Positions 29,009-38,553 of a stretch of 64,000 bases of DNA are shown here, piece by piece; within the stretch, counting starts at the first letter, position 1; every line of letters starts with the position of its first letter. Origin of the DNA: a virus. Both the position numbers and the translations under genes were made by a program. The DNA is taken from the IMG/VR virus record IMGVR_UViG_3300037486_000582, positions 32,001 through 96,000 of that record. One strand, 5' to 3'. The notes under the pieces are model-generated. The model was not told the DNA's origin. It worked only from the letters and a program-made list of their open reading frames with translations, and did no database searches.

Positions 29009-29139
29009 CTTCAGCCTCCACCACCCTTTATAGGAAACCCGCGGGTTTCCCACAACACATCCCGGGACGATTATCTGGAGGCTTGCCAGTTCGCCCTGTG
29101 TTTCCGCAGGATTATTAGGAGTGATCCCCCGGACGATTT
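29009..29139 (-). promoter_or_regulatory. Promoter/operator cassette copy 2
   Basis: TTGTGG-17-TATAAA (29027-29055); perfect palindrome GGAAACCCGCGGGTTTCC 29033-29050. Confidence 0.75.
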
Positions 29140-29175
29140 CTGGATGCGCACCGGAGCCGCGCGACGTGGAGGAAG

Positions 29176-30381
29176 TCAGACGGTGGGGAGCGGGGTCACG
29201 GCCACGTCCTCGACGATGACCGCCTGAAGCTCGCGGCGCGATCCCGCCGTGAAGCACCGCCCGTCAGACAGCGTGGCGGAGAAGGCGCCGTCGTTCAGCG
29301 CCCAGGAGCCGATGACCGCCTTCGTGGCGTCGTCGGTGACGTCTCCGTCGCGGGACAGGATGGCCCAGAACCCAGCCGGCTTCGACGACGTGCCGCGGGT
29401 CAGCTTCTCACCGTCCCGGACGTTGAGCCCGAGCAGCCGCGCCAGCGCAGCCAGCGCCGGACCGGTCACGTTCACGCTGACGACACCGGCCGTCGCGCCG
29501 GTGCCGAGCGCCCCGGCGACCGCGGCGAGCAACGCGGCGGTGTCGACCAGGCCACCCATCGGGTTCAGGATGACGACGGCGCCGTCGCGCGCCAGCTCGC
29601 CGGAGGCGTTCATGGCGGCGACGATCTGCTCGAACCCAGCCCGCTGGACCTTGGAAGCCACACCAACGAGCCGCGCGAGCTCCGAGCCCGGCCGGCCCCG
29701 GCCGTCCGCGAGAACGAGAGCCATCCTGTCGCAGACGCCTGCGCTGCGGAGGGCTGCCGCTGCAGCCGAGGCCTCGGCCGGAGCGACGCCGTTCGTCGCG
29801 GGCTCCGGCGCCTTCTTCGGCTTGGCCGCGGGCGCGGCGACGGGTTCGGCCTTCGGGGTCCGCGCCTTCCCGGTCCGGCGCTTCGCGACCGTGGCGCCCA
29901 GGGTGGCCTGGACGGCGGGCGGCTCGTCCGCCTCGAGCGCGATGGGCTGGCCGGCCTCCTCGCGCATGAACGAGAGCGCCTCGGGCGAAGGGGCGTCCGC
30001 CGCGGGCTTGCCGCACCGGATGCAGAAGCCGTCCGCGTCCCGGTTGTGGCTCTGGTCGTCGCAGAAGGCGCAGAGGTCGATGGCGGGCGGCTCGGTGGCG
30101 ACGGGCACCAGCACGCCGGCGTGCTCGGCCTTCTGTGCGGCGGTCGTGACCACGAGCGCCCAGCTCACGCGAGGGACGCGCGTCGCGCGGGCGACGAGCC
30201 CTTCGGCCTCCATCTGCTCGAGCGCGTAGCGGATGCGATGCCCGGGAACAGCTGCCATGAGCGACTCCCCGGCGGTGTGGGCCACGGTCGCGGTCGGCAT
30301 CGGGGCTTCGGCCCGGCTCAGCACGACGGCGATGGCGTTGCGGATCGCGGTGGTGTCGATCTTCTGGGTTCCCTGCGTCAT
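29176..30381 (-). CDS. Multi-domain hypothetical protein, N-terminal wHTH-like (start could be up to 30528)
   Basis: MTQGTQK.. with SD GGGAGG; IRYALEQMEAEGLV wHTH-like; CAFC..CIRC. Confidence 0.6.
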   Translation of the reverse strand: MTQGTQKIDTTAIRNAIAVVLSRAEAPMPTATVAHTAGESLMAAVPGHRIRYALEQMEAEGLVARATRVPRVSWALVVTTAAQKAEHAGVLVPVATEPPAIDLCAFCDDQSHNRDADGFCIRCGKPAADAPSPEALSFMREEAGQPIALEADEPPAVQATLGATVAKRRTGKARTPKAEPVAAPAAKPKKAPEPATNGVAPAEASAAAAALRSAGVCDRMALVLADGRGRPGSELARLVGVASKVQRAGFEQIVAAMNASGELARDGAVVILNPMGGLVDTAALLAAVAGALGTGATAGVVSVNVTGPALAALARLLGLNVRDGEKLTRGTSSKPAGFWAILSRDGDVTDDATKAVIGSWALNDGAFSATLSDGRCFTAGSRRELQAVIVEDVAVTPLPTV

Positions 30382-30524
30382 GGTCCTAGCCTCCCTCTCG
30401 CAACCGCCCGTGGCGGCCAGCTCGGCGGCGGTCCCGTCGCCGCCAGTTGCCTCATTGAGCGAAGCCGCGACCATCGCAGCCTCGTTGCTCTCGAACTCGG
30501 TCCCTGTCCCGAAGCGGCTCACGG

Positions 30525-31064
30525 TCACTTCCCCGCCCCGACGATGGCGCGGATCGCCGCGAGAATCGCGGTCGCCTGCCACTCCTCCACGTCCATGTCG
30601 ACCAGGACGGCGAGCTGGCCGGTGCCCTTCCGCGCGACCGCCCGGGCTGTCGAGGTCGCGGACGCCGTCTCGTTGATCCGCGCCGCGACCTGGAGCCCCG
30701 CCGCCTCGCGGCCGTCGCGCTCGGCCCGCCTCCGCGCCGCGGCCAGCTCGGCCCGGGCGTAGGCGCCGATCGCTTCGACGATCTTCGCGACGTTGAGCCC
30801 GGTCTTGCCCTCGGGGAACTGCCGGACGTCCCCGTGAGCGCCCAGCTTCGCGCGGACCTTGCCGTTGGGGCTGGAGTAGAGCGCCCCGCCCGAGTACTCC
30901 AGGCCGACCTCGAACGGGACGCGCTGGCCGTTCACGACCAGGTACAGTCCCTTGTCCTCGACGCTCGCCTCCGCCGCCGTGAGCGCCGCGACGATCTCGG
31001 CCCGTGCCGCCGCCGCCTTCGCCAGCCCCGCCTCGGTCCTCTGCTGCCTCGTGATGGTGTTCAT
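30525..31064 (-). CDS. Hypothetical protein
   Basis: MNTITRQQ.., SD AGGAGG. Confidence 0.65.
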   Translation of the reverse strand: MNTITRQQRTEAGLAKAAAARAEIVAALTAAEASVEDKGLYLVVNGQRVPFEVGLEYSGGALYSSPNGKVRAKLGAHGDVRQFPEGKTGLNVAKIVEAIGAYARAELAAARRRAERDGREAAGLQVAARINETASATSTARAVARKGTGQLAVLVDMDVEEWQATAILAAIRAIVGAGK

Positions 31065-31093
31065 GGTGTCCTCCTGTTCCTCTCTTGCCTTGC

Positions 31094-31687
31094 CTACCAG
31101 CACTCCTCGGGGTCCAGCTCCGTCGTCGACTCGCCCGTGGAGCGCGGCCCGATGTAGTCGCCGTAGAAGTGATCGCCGTTGGCCGGCTTCACGGTGATGA
31201 CCGTCCGGCGGTTCCAGTACTCGCGGCGGTCCTCGATCGACACGATGATGCCGTCCTGCTCGATGTCGCTCTTGAACCCGACCAGGTCGCCGACGCCCAC
31301 GACGCGCGCCCCGCGGTCGATGATGACGGTCGGACCGGTCGAGGCGGCGGGCGTCGCCTTCGCGCCCGGGAACGCCTTCGCGGTCGTCTTCGGCGCCTTC
31401 GGAACGGAGAAGCCCGGGGCGGGCGTCTCGGAGCGGATCACGACCGGGGCGTCCTTCATGGCGAGCGCGGCGACGTAGGGGAACGAGGTCGGGTCGATGG
31501 TGACGCTGTTGGTGTTCACGCGCACGCCGACGTAGTCGGCATAGCCCGGGGCGAGCTCGGCCAGGCGCGCGAGCGCCGCGTTGCCGACCCGGAGGGTGCC
31601 GTTCGTGTTCACGGCTGTCCCGCTCGCTCCCAGGAGTTCAGCCAGAACCGCCGCCGCCTTCGCCGTCTTCTCGTTTCGCTTCGCCAT
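31094..31687 (-). CDS. Hypothetical protein (AVNTNGTLRVG domain + SH3-like VGDLVGFKSDIEQ domain)
   Basis: Directly after cassette copy 3. Confidence 0.7.
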   Translation of the reverse strand: MAKRNEKTAKAAAVLAELLGASGTAVNTNGTLRVGNAALARLAELAPGYADYVGVRVNTNSVTIDPTSFPYVAALAMKDAPVVIRSETPAPGFSVPKAPKTTAKAFPGAKATPAASTGPTVIIDRGARVVGVGDLVGFKSDIEQDGIIVSIEDRREYWNRRTVITVKPANGDHFYGDYIGPRSTGESTTELDPEECW

Positions 31688-31816
31688 TCTCAGCCTCCAC
31701 CACCATTTATAGGAAACCCGCCGGTTTCCCGCAAGACATCCGGGGCCGATTGTTGGAACCGCCCTGGTTTCGCAAATGCTTTCGGCAACTTGTGTGGGTG
31801 ATCCCCAGGACGATTT
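31688..31816 (-). promoter_or_regulatory. Promoter/operator cassette copy 3
   Basis: TTGCGG-17-TATAAA (31706-31734); near-palindrome GGAAACCCGCCGGTTTCC. Confidence 0.75.
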
Positions 31817-31834
31817 ATCGGAGTGGAATGACGG

Positions 31835-32536
31835 TCAGCGCGTCCGCTGGACACGGCGCGTGCCGCGGGCGGGTGCCGGTGCGACGGACCGCCGAGCGAT
31901 GTCCCCGGCCTCCGCGGACGCGGTACTGACGTCGGCGCCACGCCTCCGTGCCGCGGACAGTCCGGCCCGAACCGCAGCCAGAACGACCCGAGCAACACCA
32001 GGCTCCAGGCGCGCCAGGAGCCCGACGAGCCCCGTGACGGCCCGTTCAACCTCACGGGCGAACGCGTCCTGCTCCTTCGCTCGGCAGTTCTCGGCAAATG
32101 CGGCACGCGTCGCGTCGTTCCACGGAACGACCGGGATGCGCGGGTCGGAAGCCATCCGCTGCAAGTTCCTGGACCACGCGCGTTCCATCGCCGCCGCCGG
32201 CCCCGGCCGAGCAGCAGACTCCACGCGGACCATGACAGCCCACGTCGGGAGCGCTCGCGGGACGCCCCGAACGACCGCGGTCAGCGCCTTCCCCGCGGCA
32301 AAGGCGGCGACGAGCGCGTCTACGAGCTCCCCAGCGGTGCCTGGAACGGAGACGAACCGCCGCGTCGTGGCGCCGCGCGCCTCCACGTAGGAGCCACCCG
32401 CGGCGCGGACGCGCCGACCCCATCCGTTTGCTGTGAATTTCGGGTCCGGCGGAAGATGTAACTCCCAGACTGGCGGAGGAGCCGACAGAATGATGACCGC
32501 CCCGTCATCGTGGAAGGCGTAGTCGACCCGGCTCAC
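31835..32536 (-). CDS. Hypothetical protein
   Basis: GTGA overlap with upstream gene. Confidence 0.5.
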   Translation of the reverse strand: MSRVDYAFHDDGAVIILSAPPPVWELHLPPDPKFTANGWGRRVRAAGGSYVEARGATTRRFVSVPGTAGELVDALVAAFAAGKALTAVVRGVPRALPTWAVMVRVESAARPGPAAAMERAWSRNLQRMASDPRIPVVPWNDATRAAFAENCRAKEQDAFAREVERAVTGLVGLLARLEPGVARVVLAAVRAGLSAARRRGADVSTASAEAGDIARRSVAPAPARGTRRVQRTR

Positions 32537-32841
32537 GAGTGCCCCGGCGCGACGACCTCATCGACCAGGTCGTCGTACAGCGCACGGTACTTCGCCCGCA
32601 TGCCGGCCGCTTCGGCGCGAAGGTCGTTGTCGCCTTCCAGGAAGACGCGGAGCGCGAAGGCCTGCCCGTCGGCCAGGGACAGGCCAGCCCGCGCCTGCTT
32701 GATGGCCGTGCTGAGCTGCTCGCGGTTCGTGTCGAAGGAATCGTCGGCCGCCGCGGCCGCGCGAAGTGTCTTCTGCACCTCTGGCGCGAGCTGCGCCCAG
32801 GCGTCGCACAGAGCAAACAACGTCGCCAGCGTCATGCTCAC
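32533..32841 (-). CDS. Hypothetical protein
   Basis: SD GGAGG; preceded by CGCTCAATAACC motif. Confidence 0.55.
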   Translation of the reverse strand: MSMTLATLFALCDAWAQLAPEVQKTLRAAAAADDSFDTNREQLSTAIKQARAGLSLADGQAFALRVFLEGDNDLRAEAAGMRAKYRALYDDLVDEVVAPGHS

Positions 32842-32876
32842 CTCCGTTCGGCCTGGTTATTGAGCGGCGGGCTCGC

Positions 32877-33068
32877 CTAGTCGTTGAGGCCGGACGGCCC
32901 CTCGGCGGCAGCAGCGACGGAGGTGATGCAGTCGGGGCACCGGCCGCAGGGCTCCAGCGTCTCGAGCGCCTTGCCGTGGTCCGGGCCACTGAACTCGCCG
33001 GCGTCGAAGCCGGCGTCCATCTCCGCCCCGATCACTTCGCGCCAGTACGCACAGCGTTCCATGGTCAT
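32877..33068 (-). CDS. Small hypothetical protein
   Basis: MTMERCAYW.., SD AAGGAG; CGRCPDC. Confidence 0.5.
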   Translation of the reverse strand: MTMERCAYWREVIGAEMDAGFDAGEFSGPDHGKALETLEPCGRCPDCITSVAAAAEGPSGLND

Positions 33069-33090
33069 CGTGCTCTCCTTTCCCTGTGTT

Positions 33091-33789
33091 TCAGTCCGCA
33101 TCGAAGGTCGACGTGAAGGCTTCGCGCACGCCGAGCGCCTTGGCCACCGCCGGGTTCCTCGTCCAGCCGCGGATGAGCCGCGCGGAGATCTGCATCCCGG
33201 TGCCGAAGCCGTGCGGGTAGATGCTGTGGACGGAGCCCGAGGCCAGGGTCGCCTGCACGCGCGGAAGGTCGTCCTGGTGCAGCCGAGAAGGCGCACCCGG
33301 GACGGTGATCCACTTACCCACGTTGGCGAGCGCCTTGGCGCGCCCCGCCTCCGCCCGTTCGAGCTGCTTCGCGAGGAGCTCGCTGGCCGGCTTGGGCGGG
33401 TTGCTGCGGTTCGAGAAGTCGGTCCCGTAGAAGGAATCCTCGATTCCACGCCGCGAATAGGAGCACCACTGGCCCTCGGCGTTCGTGAACAGGGTGTGTC
33501 CGTAGACGTCGACACCCTGCTCGTCACAGGAGACGTTGAACACGACCCGGGCCGCCGCGCCGACCAGGACGGTCGCCCACGTCTCGTTCCCCGTACCGAA
33601 CCCGCGGCCGTCCCGCCGGTAGGCACACGTCCCGTCGTTGGAGCCCTCGCCCGTTGCGACGGTCGCGCCGGCCGGGGCGGCCGCCCGGATCGAGTCGACG
33701 TACTCGGCCACGGCCAACGCCTGTTGTGCCACGGTCAGCTTGCGCGGCTTCCTGCTCGTCCTGCTCGTCTTGCTCGCCTTGCCCGTCAT
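33091..33789 (-). CDS. Hypothetical protein
   Basis: MTGKASK.., SD AGGAGG. Confidence 0.6.
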   Translation of the reverse strand: MTGKASKTSRTSRKPRKLTVAQQALAVAEYVDSIRAAAPAGATVATGEGSNDGTCAYRRDGRGFGTGNETWATVLVGAAARVVFNVSCDEQGVDVYGHTLFTNAEGQWCSYSRRGIEDSFYGTDFSNRSNPPKPASELLAKQLERAEAGRAKALANVGKWITVPGAPSRLHQDDLPRVQATLASGSVHSIYPHGFGTGMQISARLIRGWTRNPAVAKALGVREAFTSTFDAD

Positions 33790-33809
33790 GGTCTGCCTCC
33801 TTGCCTGTC

Positions 33810-34094
33810 TCACACGTTCACAGCGACCGGCAGCCCCGCCGCCTGCGGCGCGTTCAACCTGACCTTCGACACGCCACGGGTCACGAACACGAGCCCGCCG
33901 TCGTCGCTCTGGGCGACCTTCCAGGTGCGCCCCGTCTCCTCCAAGAACGAGCTGGCGACACCGCGGTCGCGGGCGTCGGCCAACGCGCGGAAGGCCTCGG
34001 GGTGGACGATGACCGTCACCGCGTGCCCCGCCTCGATGACCAGAAGCGTTCCCCAGGAGTACTGCTGGACGTTGATCCTTGAAGCCTTCATCAC
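33810..34094 (-). CDS. Hypothetical protein
   Basis: SD GAGGAGG. Confidence 0.55.
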   Translation of the reverse strand: MMKASRINVQQYSWGTLLVIEAGHAVTVIVHPEAFRALADARDRGVASSFLEETGRTWKVAQSDDGGLVFVTRGVSKVRLNAPQAAGLPVAVNV

Positions 34095-34101
34095 ATCCTC
34101 C

Positions 34102-34500
34102 TCAAGCCACCAGGGCGACAGCCGCCCGGGTCGTGTTCCACATCGCCAGCCCGGCCGCGGCGCTCGGCATCCGGCGGCGGCCCGCGTTCCTTACGCTCTT
34201 CTTCACGCCCTCCGCGTTGACACCGCGGGCGGTCAGGTGCGCGACGAACTCGCTGGTGGTCCGGTCCTGCTTCGCGCTGTTGCAGGACAAACAGGCGGTG
34301 ACCAGGTTCGACGGGTCGTTGGTACCGCCGAGCTCGACGGGGACGATGTGATCCAGGGTGGCGTTGCCGCCCGCGCCCGGGGTCACATGGCCGCTGCAGT
34401 ACTGGCAGCAGTAGGCATCGCGAGCGTAGATGCGCGACCGGGTCGAACGCCTGATCCACTTGGAGCCCTGTCCCGCCTTCCTCGTCCCGCCTCTCGTCAT
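34102..34500 (-). CDS. HNH endonuclease
   Basis: RDAYCCQYC..TLDHIVP..GGTNDPSNLVTACLSCNSAK. Confidence 0.9.
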   Translation of the reverse strand: MTRGGTRKAGQGSKWIRRSTRSRIYARDAYCCQYCSGHVTPGAGGNATLDHIVPVELGGTNDPSNLVTACLSCNSAKQDRTTSEFVAHLTARGVNAEGVKKSVRNAGRRRMPSAAAGLAMWNTTRAAVALVA

Positions 34501-34632
34501 CCCGTCACCTCCACCACCCTTTATAGGAAACCCGCGGGTTTCCCACAACACATCCCGGGACGATTATCAGAGCGCCCGCCCAATTCGGCTTGAGTCACGA
34601 AGGACTACGCGGGGAGATCCCCCGGACGATTT
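34501..34632 (-). promoter_or_regulatory. Promoter/operator cassette copy 4
   Basis: TTGTGG-17-TATAAA (34520-34548); perfect palindrome 34526-34543; core nearly identical to copy 2. Confidence 0.75.
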
Positions 34633-34668
34633 CCGGAGGCCGTGCGGAGTGAGGAAGCGTCTACCGCG

Positions 34669-34878
34669 TCACGGACGCCAGCGGCGAAGCCACGCCGGAA
34701 CAGGTTCCACCTGGCGACGCGCAGCAAGGGCAGGGCGAACCCGCGGAGCCCGGTGGCGCTGGTCGTTCCGCAGCAACTCGCAGCGGCCACAGACCGGGTC
34801 GCTCCCGAACAGGGACGGAGACAGAGCCGTCTCTTGGTCCGACGTTCCGCAGTCCGAGCAGTAGCGAACCGTGTCCAT
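34669..34878 (-). CDS. Small Zn-finger hypothetical protein
   Basis: CSDC..CGRC; SD GGGAGG. Confidence 0.45.
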   Translation of the reverse strand: MDTVRYCSDCGTSDQETALSPSLFGSDPVCGRCELLRNDQRHRAPRVRPALAARRQVEPVPAWLRRWRP

Positions 34879-34892
34879 CCTGACCTCCCTGG

Positions 34893-35147
34893 TCACGCCG
34901 ACCCACAATCGGCAAGCGCCTTGACGACGTCGGCGTGGAGCCAGTTCAGCATCCTGGTCGTCTCGGCAAGCCGGTCACGAGCAGCGGTGAGCGCGCCCAG
35001 CCCGCAAGCCGGGCGGTTCCCGTGGCGCCCGCCGACCTCGACGGTGTCGAGCGCAGCGCGCTTCGTCCCTTCCAGCAGCCCAACGCAGATGAGCGCCCGA
35101 GTCACGAAGGCGTCCCACTCCAGCGGCGCGTCGTCAGGTGCGCTCAC
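34893..35147 (-). CDS. Hypothetical protein
   Basis: GTGA-coupled to a small upstream hydrophobic ORF (35144..35260). Confidence 0.4.
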   Translation of the reverse strand: MSAPDDAPLEWDAFVTRALICVGLLEGTKRAALDTVEVGGRHGNRPACGLGALTAARDRLAETTRMLNWLHADVVKALADCGSA

Positions 35148-35278
35148 GGCAGCCACCCCAGGCAACCGAAGACGGTAGAGGCGATTGACACGCCGACCAA
35201 CGCGCCGATCAACGGGGCGACCACGTCCAGCATGAGGTCGAAGGGTCGGGGTGTCAGCATCGAGGTCCTCCGCCCCGG

Positions 35279-35968
35279 TCATTGCGCCGGCGCGTCCTGT
35301 GTCCTGTCGTACAGGTCACGGAGCAACCGCGCGTCAGCGTCCCGGAACCGCCCGGGCGCGAGCCCGCCCTGGAACGCCATGTCCGGGGCGAGCGGATACA
35401 TCACCGACCCGCTGTCGTCGGGGTCGTGGGCAAGCCCAAGTACATGCCCGAGCTCGTGGACCAGAACCCGGTGTGCCGTCCCGTCGTCGGGGACGTTCCG
35501 CATCCGGACAGTGGCCCTGGCCACGAAGCCGCTTCCGACCTCGCGGGTGTGGAAGCAGCCGGCGTCGGCGTCCGCCGCCTCCGCAGGAACACCGAAGACC
35601 AGGGCAACGCGCGGTTCGGCGCTGACCGGACAGAAGGCCAGGGCGTCGAAGCCGAGCTGCATGTTGACCTCGCGGACCGCATACTCGGCACGACGCATGT
35701 CCGCCGACGTCAGCTCCGCGCTCTCGTTGCGGACCCCAAGGCACAGCGGGAAGGCGCTCCTGCCCCAACGGACCTCTTCCGGCGACGCACAGACGCCGAC
35801 GGCGCCCGAGCCTTCAACCTGGTCGGCGTACTGCGCGACCGTTCCGCTCCAGCACACACGAAGCAGGAGCGGCTCGGTGTGCCGCGGAACGAACCACACG
35901 AGCAGCACGACGGCGGTCACGGCGATGGCCGCGAAGGCGGCGACGGATACGATCCACTTCCAGCGCAT
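35279..35968 (-). CDS. Membrane-anchored matrixin-like (metzincin) metalloprotease
   Basis: N-terminal TM helix; HELGHVLGLAH and Met-turn SVMYP. Confidence 0.85.
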   Translation of the reverse strand: MRWKWIVSVAAFAAIAVTAVVLLVWFVPRHTEPLLLRVCWSGTVAQYADQVEGSGAVGVCASPEEVRWGRSAFPLCLGVRNESAELTSADMRRAEYAVREVNMQLGFDALAFCPVSAEPRVALVFGVPAEAADADAGCFHTREVGSGFVARATVRMRNVPDDGTAHRVLVHELGHVLGLAHDPDDSGSVMYPLAPDMAFQGGLAPGRFRDADARLLRDLYDRTQDAPAQ

Positions 35969-35986
35969 GGCGTACCTCCGAGGGTT

Positions 35987-37084
35987 CTAGTCTACGCCAC
36001 CGCCGGGCGGGTCGCGCCAGTAGGCGGGCGGGTGGCAGAGTCGCGGCCAGGCTGCTCCGACCGGCCCGCCGGCCGTTGCGCGCACCGCGACTTCTGCGTC
36101 GTCCGGGTAAGGCTTCGGCATCTTCGGAAGGAGGAAGGCGCGCGTGCCGGCGTCCTTGTCGCACCAACCACACGGCGCGAACCGACGATCCTTCGACGCG
36201 AGCAGGCGCCGAGCAGCCATGAACCGCCAGCCCCACCAGATATCCGTCAGCGTTTCGTCCCGATCAGCCACGCCGCAGACGTAATCGCCGCGCCAGTCGA
36301 TGCAGCAGAGCCGCACCTCGCCGTTCCAGGTGACGGCGAGCTCGCGGAAGGGGTTCGAGCAGTTCTTCCGGAGCGGAGCTTCTGGAACGGGGCGAGCCGG
36401 GCTCGCCCCGGCGTGGTTGAGCACCTTGCGGCTGGCCCGCTCCCGGTCGCGAAGTCCCAGGTCGTCCATGAGCACGACGAGCCGGCGGGCGAAGCGCCTG
36501 TGGTTCCCCCACGGCGACCACCCGCTGGGGGCGAGGTCAGCGTAGAAGTCGCGTACGGTGATGCCGACGCCAAGCGTTGCTGCTTCGGCGCGGAGGTCGT
36601 CCCTGTCCTCACGGTAGGTGTCGATGATGACGTAGTCGAGTCCGGCGTCGAACAGCCCGACGATCTTCTCTCGCATCCGGCCCCGGAGAAGCTGGCCGTT
36701 CGTGGTCATCTGGAGCTGCGCCTTCGGGAGCAGCGCCCTGAAGGTCGCCACCACCTCGACCGCCTGTCGGTTGGCAAGTGGTTCACCGTGCATCGCGAAC
36801 TCGTACCGCGCCCACGGGGCAAGGGCGGCTGCCTGTTCAGCCACGAGCAGCGCCGTGTCGAGCGTCATCGGCTTGAAGCCGCCAGGCTTCGTGCGGATTG
36901 CGTTCAGTCCGCAGAAGGAACAGAGCCGGGTACACCCTTCGGTCAGCTCGATCTGGACGGACCAGGGACGCTGGACCAGAGCAGCCGCCGGGTCAGCAGC
37001 GATGGCGTCTGCAGGCGCGTGTGGCGGCGGCGGCTGCCGCCACTTGTCGCGAACGTACCTCCGCTTCACCCGGGGCTCGGTCAT
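35987..37084 (-). CDS. Radical SAM protein with SPASM/twitch domain
   Basis: [19 protein letters not shown]; [21 protein letters not shown]. Confidence 0.85.
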   Translation of the reverse strand: MTEPRVKRRYVRDKWRQPPPPHAPADAIAADPAAALVQRPWSVQIELTEGCTRLCSFCGLNAIRTKPGGFKPMTLDTALLVAEQAAALAPWARYEFAMHGEPLANRQAVEVVATFRALLPKAQLQMTTNGQLLRGRMREKIVGLFDAGLDYVIIDTYREDRDDLRAEAATLGVGITVRDFYADLAPSGWSPWGNHRRFARRLVVLMDDLGLRDRERASRKVLNHAGASPARPVPEAPLRKNCSNPFRELAVTWNGEVRLCCIDWRGDYVCGVADRDETLTDIWWGWRFMAARRLLASKDRRFAPCGWCDKDAGTRAFLLPKMPKPYPDDAEVAVRATAGGPVGAAWPRLCHPPAYWRDPPGGGVD

Positions 37085-37518
37085 TGGTCTTCCAATTCCA
37101 GCGGGTCGGTCGGCCGGTCGGCATCCGCCTCCATCTCGCCGGCCACCGAACAGAACGCTTCGACGTGGTCAGCGCGATCGAGCATCTGTCCTGCCAGGGA
37201 CCGAATCTGCTTGGCGCACTCACGGAGTGCTGTGCGGAGCCAGGCATTTGCCTCGTGTTCGGCGAGCCAGGCCTCGTAGGAGACGTCCAAGCACCCACAC
37301 GAGAGGAGCTGGCCTCCACACCGCGGGCACCGCTCCATGTCGCAGCCAGGATGGTGCCGACCGCCGGGGCGCACCCCGCAGTCATGACAGCAGTGACGCC
37401 CGGCCGGGCGGTAGGGCACCGTCGGAAGGGACTCCCCGTCCGGGAACACGACGGACACGTTCTTGACGCAGGTGTCCACCTTGCCCATCTCTCCAGAGCA
37501 CGCCAAGCAGGCTCCCAT
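37081..37518 (-). CDS. Cys/His-rich metal-binding hypothetical protein
   Basis: [28 protein letters not shown]. Confidence 0.65.
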   Translation of the reverse strand: MGACLACSGEMGKVDTCVKNVSVVFPDGESLPTVPYRPAGRHCCHDCGVRPGGRHHPGCDMERCPRCGGQLLSCGCLDVSYEAWLAEHEANAWLRTALRECAKQIRSLAGQMLDRADHVEAFCSVAGEMEADADRPTDPLELEDQ

Positions 37519-37551
37519 GTTTCGTTACTCCCGCCCCGGTCATTGAGCCGG

Positions 37552-38037
37552 TCAGCGGCCGGCACGAGCGAGACGCGCACGCTCCCGGGCAAGGCGCTCG
37601 CCGTGGAATCGGGTGCGAGCAGCGACGTGGGCCTGCGCGTCGGCCACGGCGGTCGGGCCACTGAACGCGCGTGGCGCGGGTATGGTAGACAGCCCGCCTG
37701 GGCGAGAGTACGTCCCGTCCTGGTTACGGAATGCTGGCACTCCTTCCGTGACCGTGACCTCGTCGGTGTTCGACCGCCGCGTCTGGACCATCGCCATGTA
37801 GGGTGAGCGCACGCGCTCGTTCCCCACGAACACGGCACCGCCGTTATTGTAGAAGTCCTCGGCGCGCGTCCCGGTCGGTGGCGCTGCCGAAACCCGCTCG
37901 ATCACGTCCTCGGCGATCATGCGTCCGGTCAGCGGAGTCACCTCTGTCGGGAGCCCGCCGGCCGCTTCGCCACCGCCACCGGCCGCTGCTCCGCCGGCTG
38001 CCCCGCCACCGCCGCCACCGCCTCCACGTCCGCCCAT
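37552..38037 (-). CDS. MGGRG-leader protein 5
   Basis: MGGRGGGGGGGGAAGGAAAGGGG leader; SD GGAGG; unique body. Confidence 0.75.
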   Translation of the reverse strand: MGGRGGGGGGGGAAGGAAAGGGGEAAGGLPTEVTPLTGRMIAEDVIERVSAAPPTGTRAEDFYNNGGAVFVGNERVRSPYMAMVQTRRSNTDEVTVTEGVPAFRNQDGTYSRPGGLSTIPAPRAFSGPTAVADAQAHVAARTRFHGERLARERARLARAGR

Positions 38038-38040
38038 GAC

Positions 38041-38544
38041 CTACCTCCGTCCACCTGGCCGTGTGCCAGTAGTCGGCAACGATGGCCGACGCTGCCGCCG
38101 CTCCTCGGAGAGCCGCCGAGCGGACTCAGCCGCAGACCGCGTTGCCTCCCGTTGAGCAGCCTCCAGGGTCGCGTGCTGGCTCCGCTGTGTCGTCGCTGCC
38201 GTCCGGTTCGGCGCCCCAAATTCCCTGGCGCCTTGTCCCCAGCGCGAGGACGTCGCGACATCGAAGACGGGCTCGCCGCGGATGTTCTGCCCGCGGTCGA
38301 TTGTCACCTGGCGGACGACGATGTCGTTGGTCTGCCCGACGCTGATGACGTTGCCTGCGGCTGCGACGTCGTTGCGGTTCAAGTTGTCCGGGTACCGCCC
38401 GGCCGGGAGCCCGCCCGAGACGACCGTTTCCGTTGCCGCCGTTGCCGCCGTCTCCGTCGCGGCACCGCCGCCGGCTGCCCCGCCACCACCCGCGGCACCA
38501 CCACCGCCGCCGCCTCCACCACCACCACCACCACGTCCTCCCAT
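38041..38544 (-). CDS. MGGRG-leader protein 4
   Basis: Same leader; SD AGGAGG; unique body. Confidence 0.75.
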   Translation of the reverse strand: MGGRGGGGGGGGGGGGAAGGGGAAGGGAATETAATAATETVVSGGLPAGRYPDNLNRNDVAAAGNVISVGQTNDIVVRQVTIDRGQNIRGEPVFDVATSSRWGQGAREFGAPNRTAATTQRSQHATLEAAQREATRSAAESARRLSEERRQRRPSLPTTGTRPGGRR

Positions 38545-38553
38545 CTTGACCTC

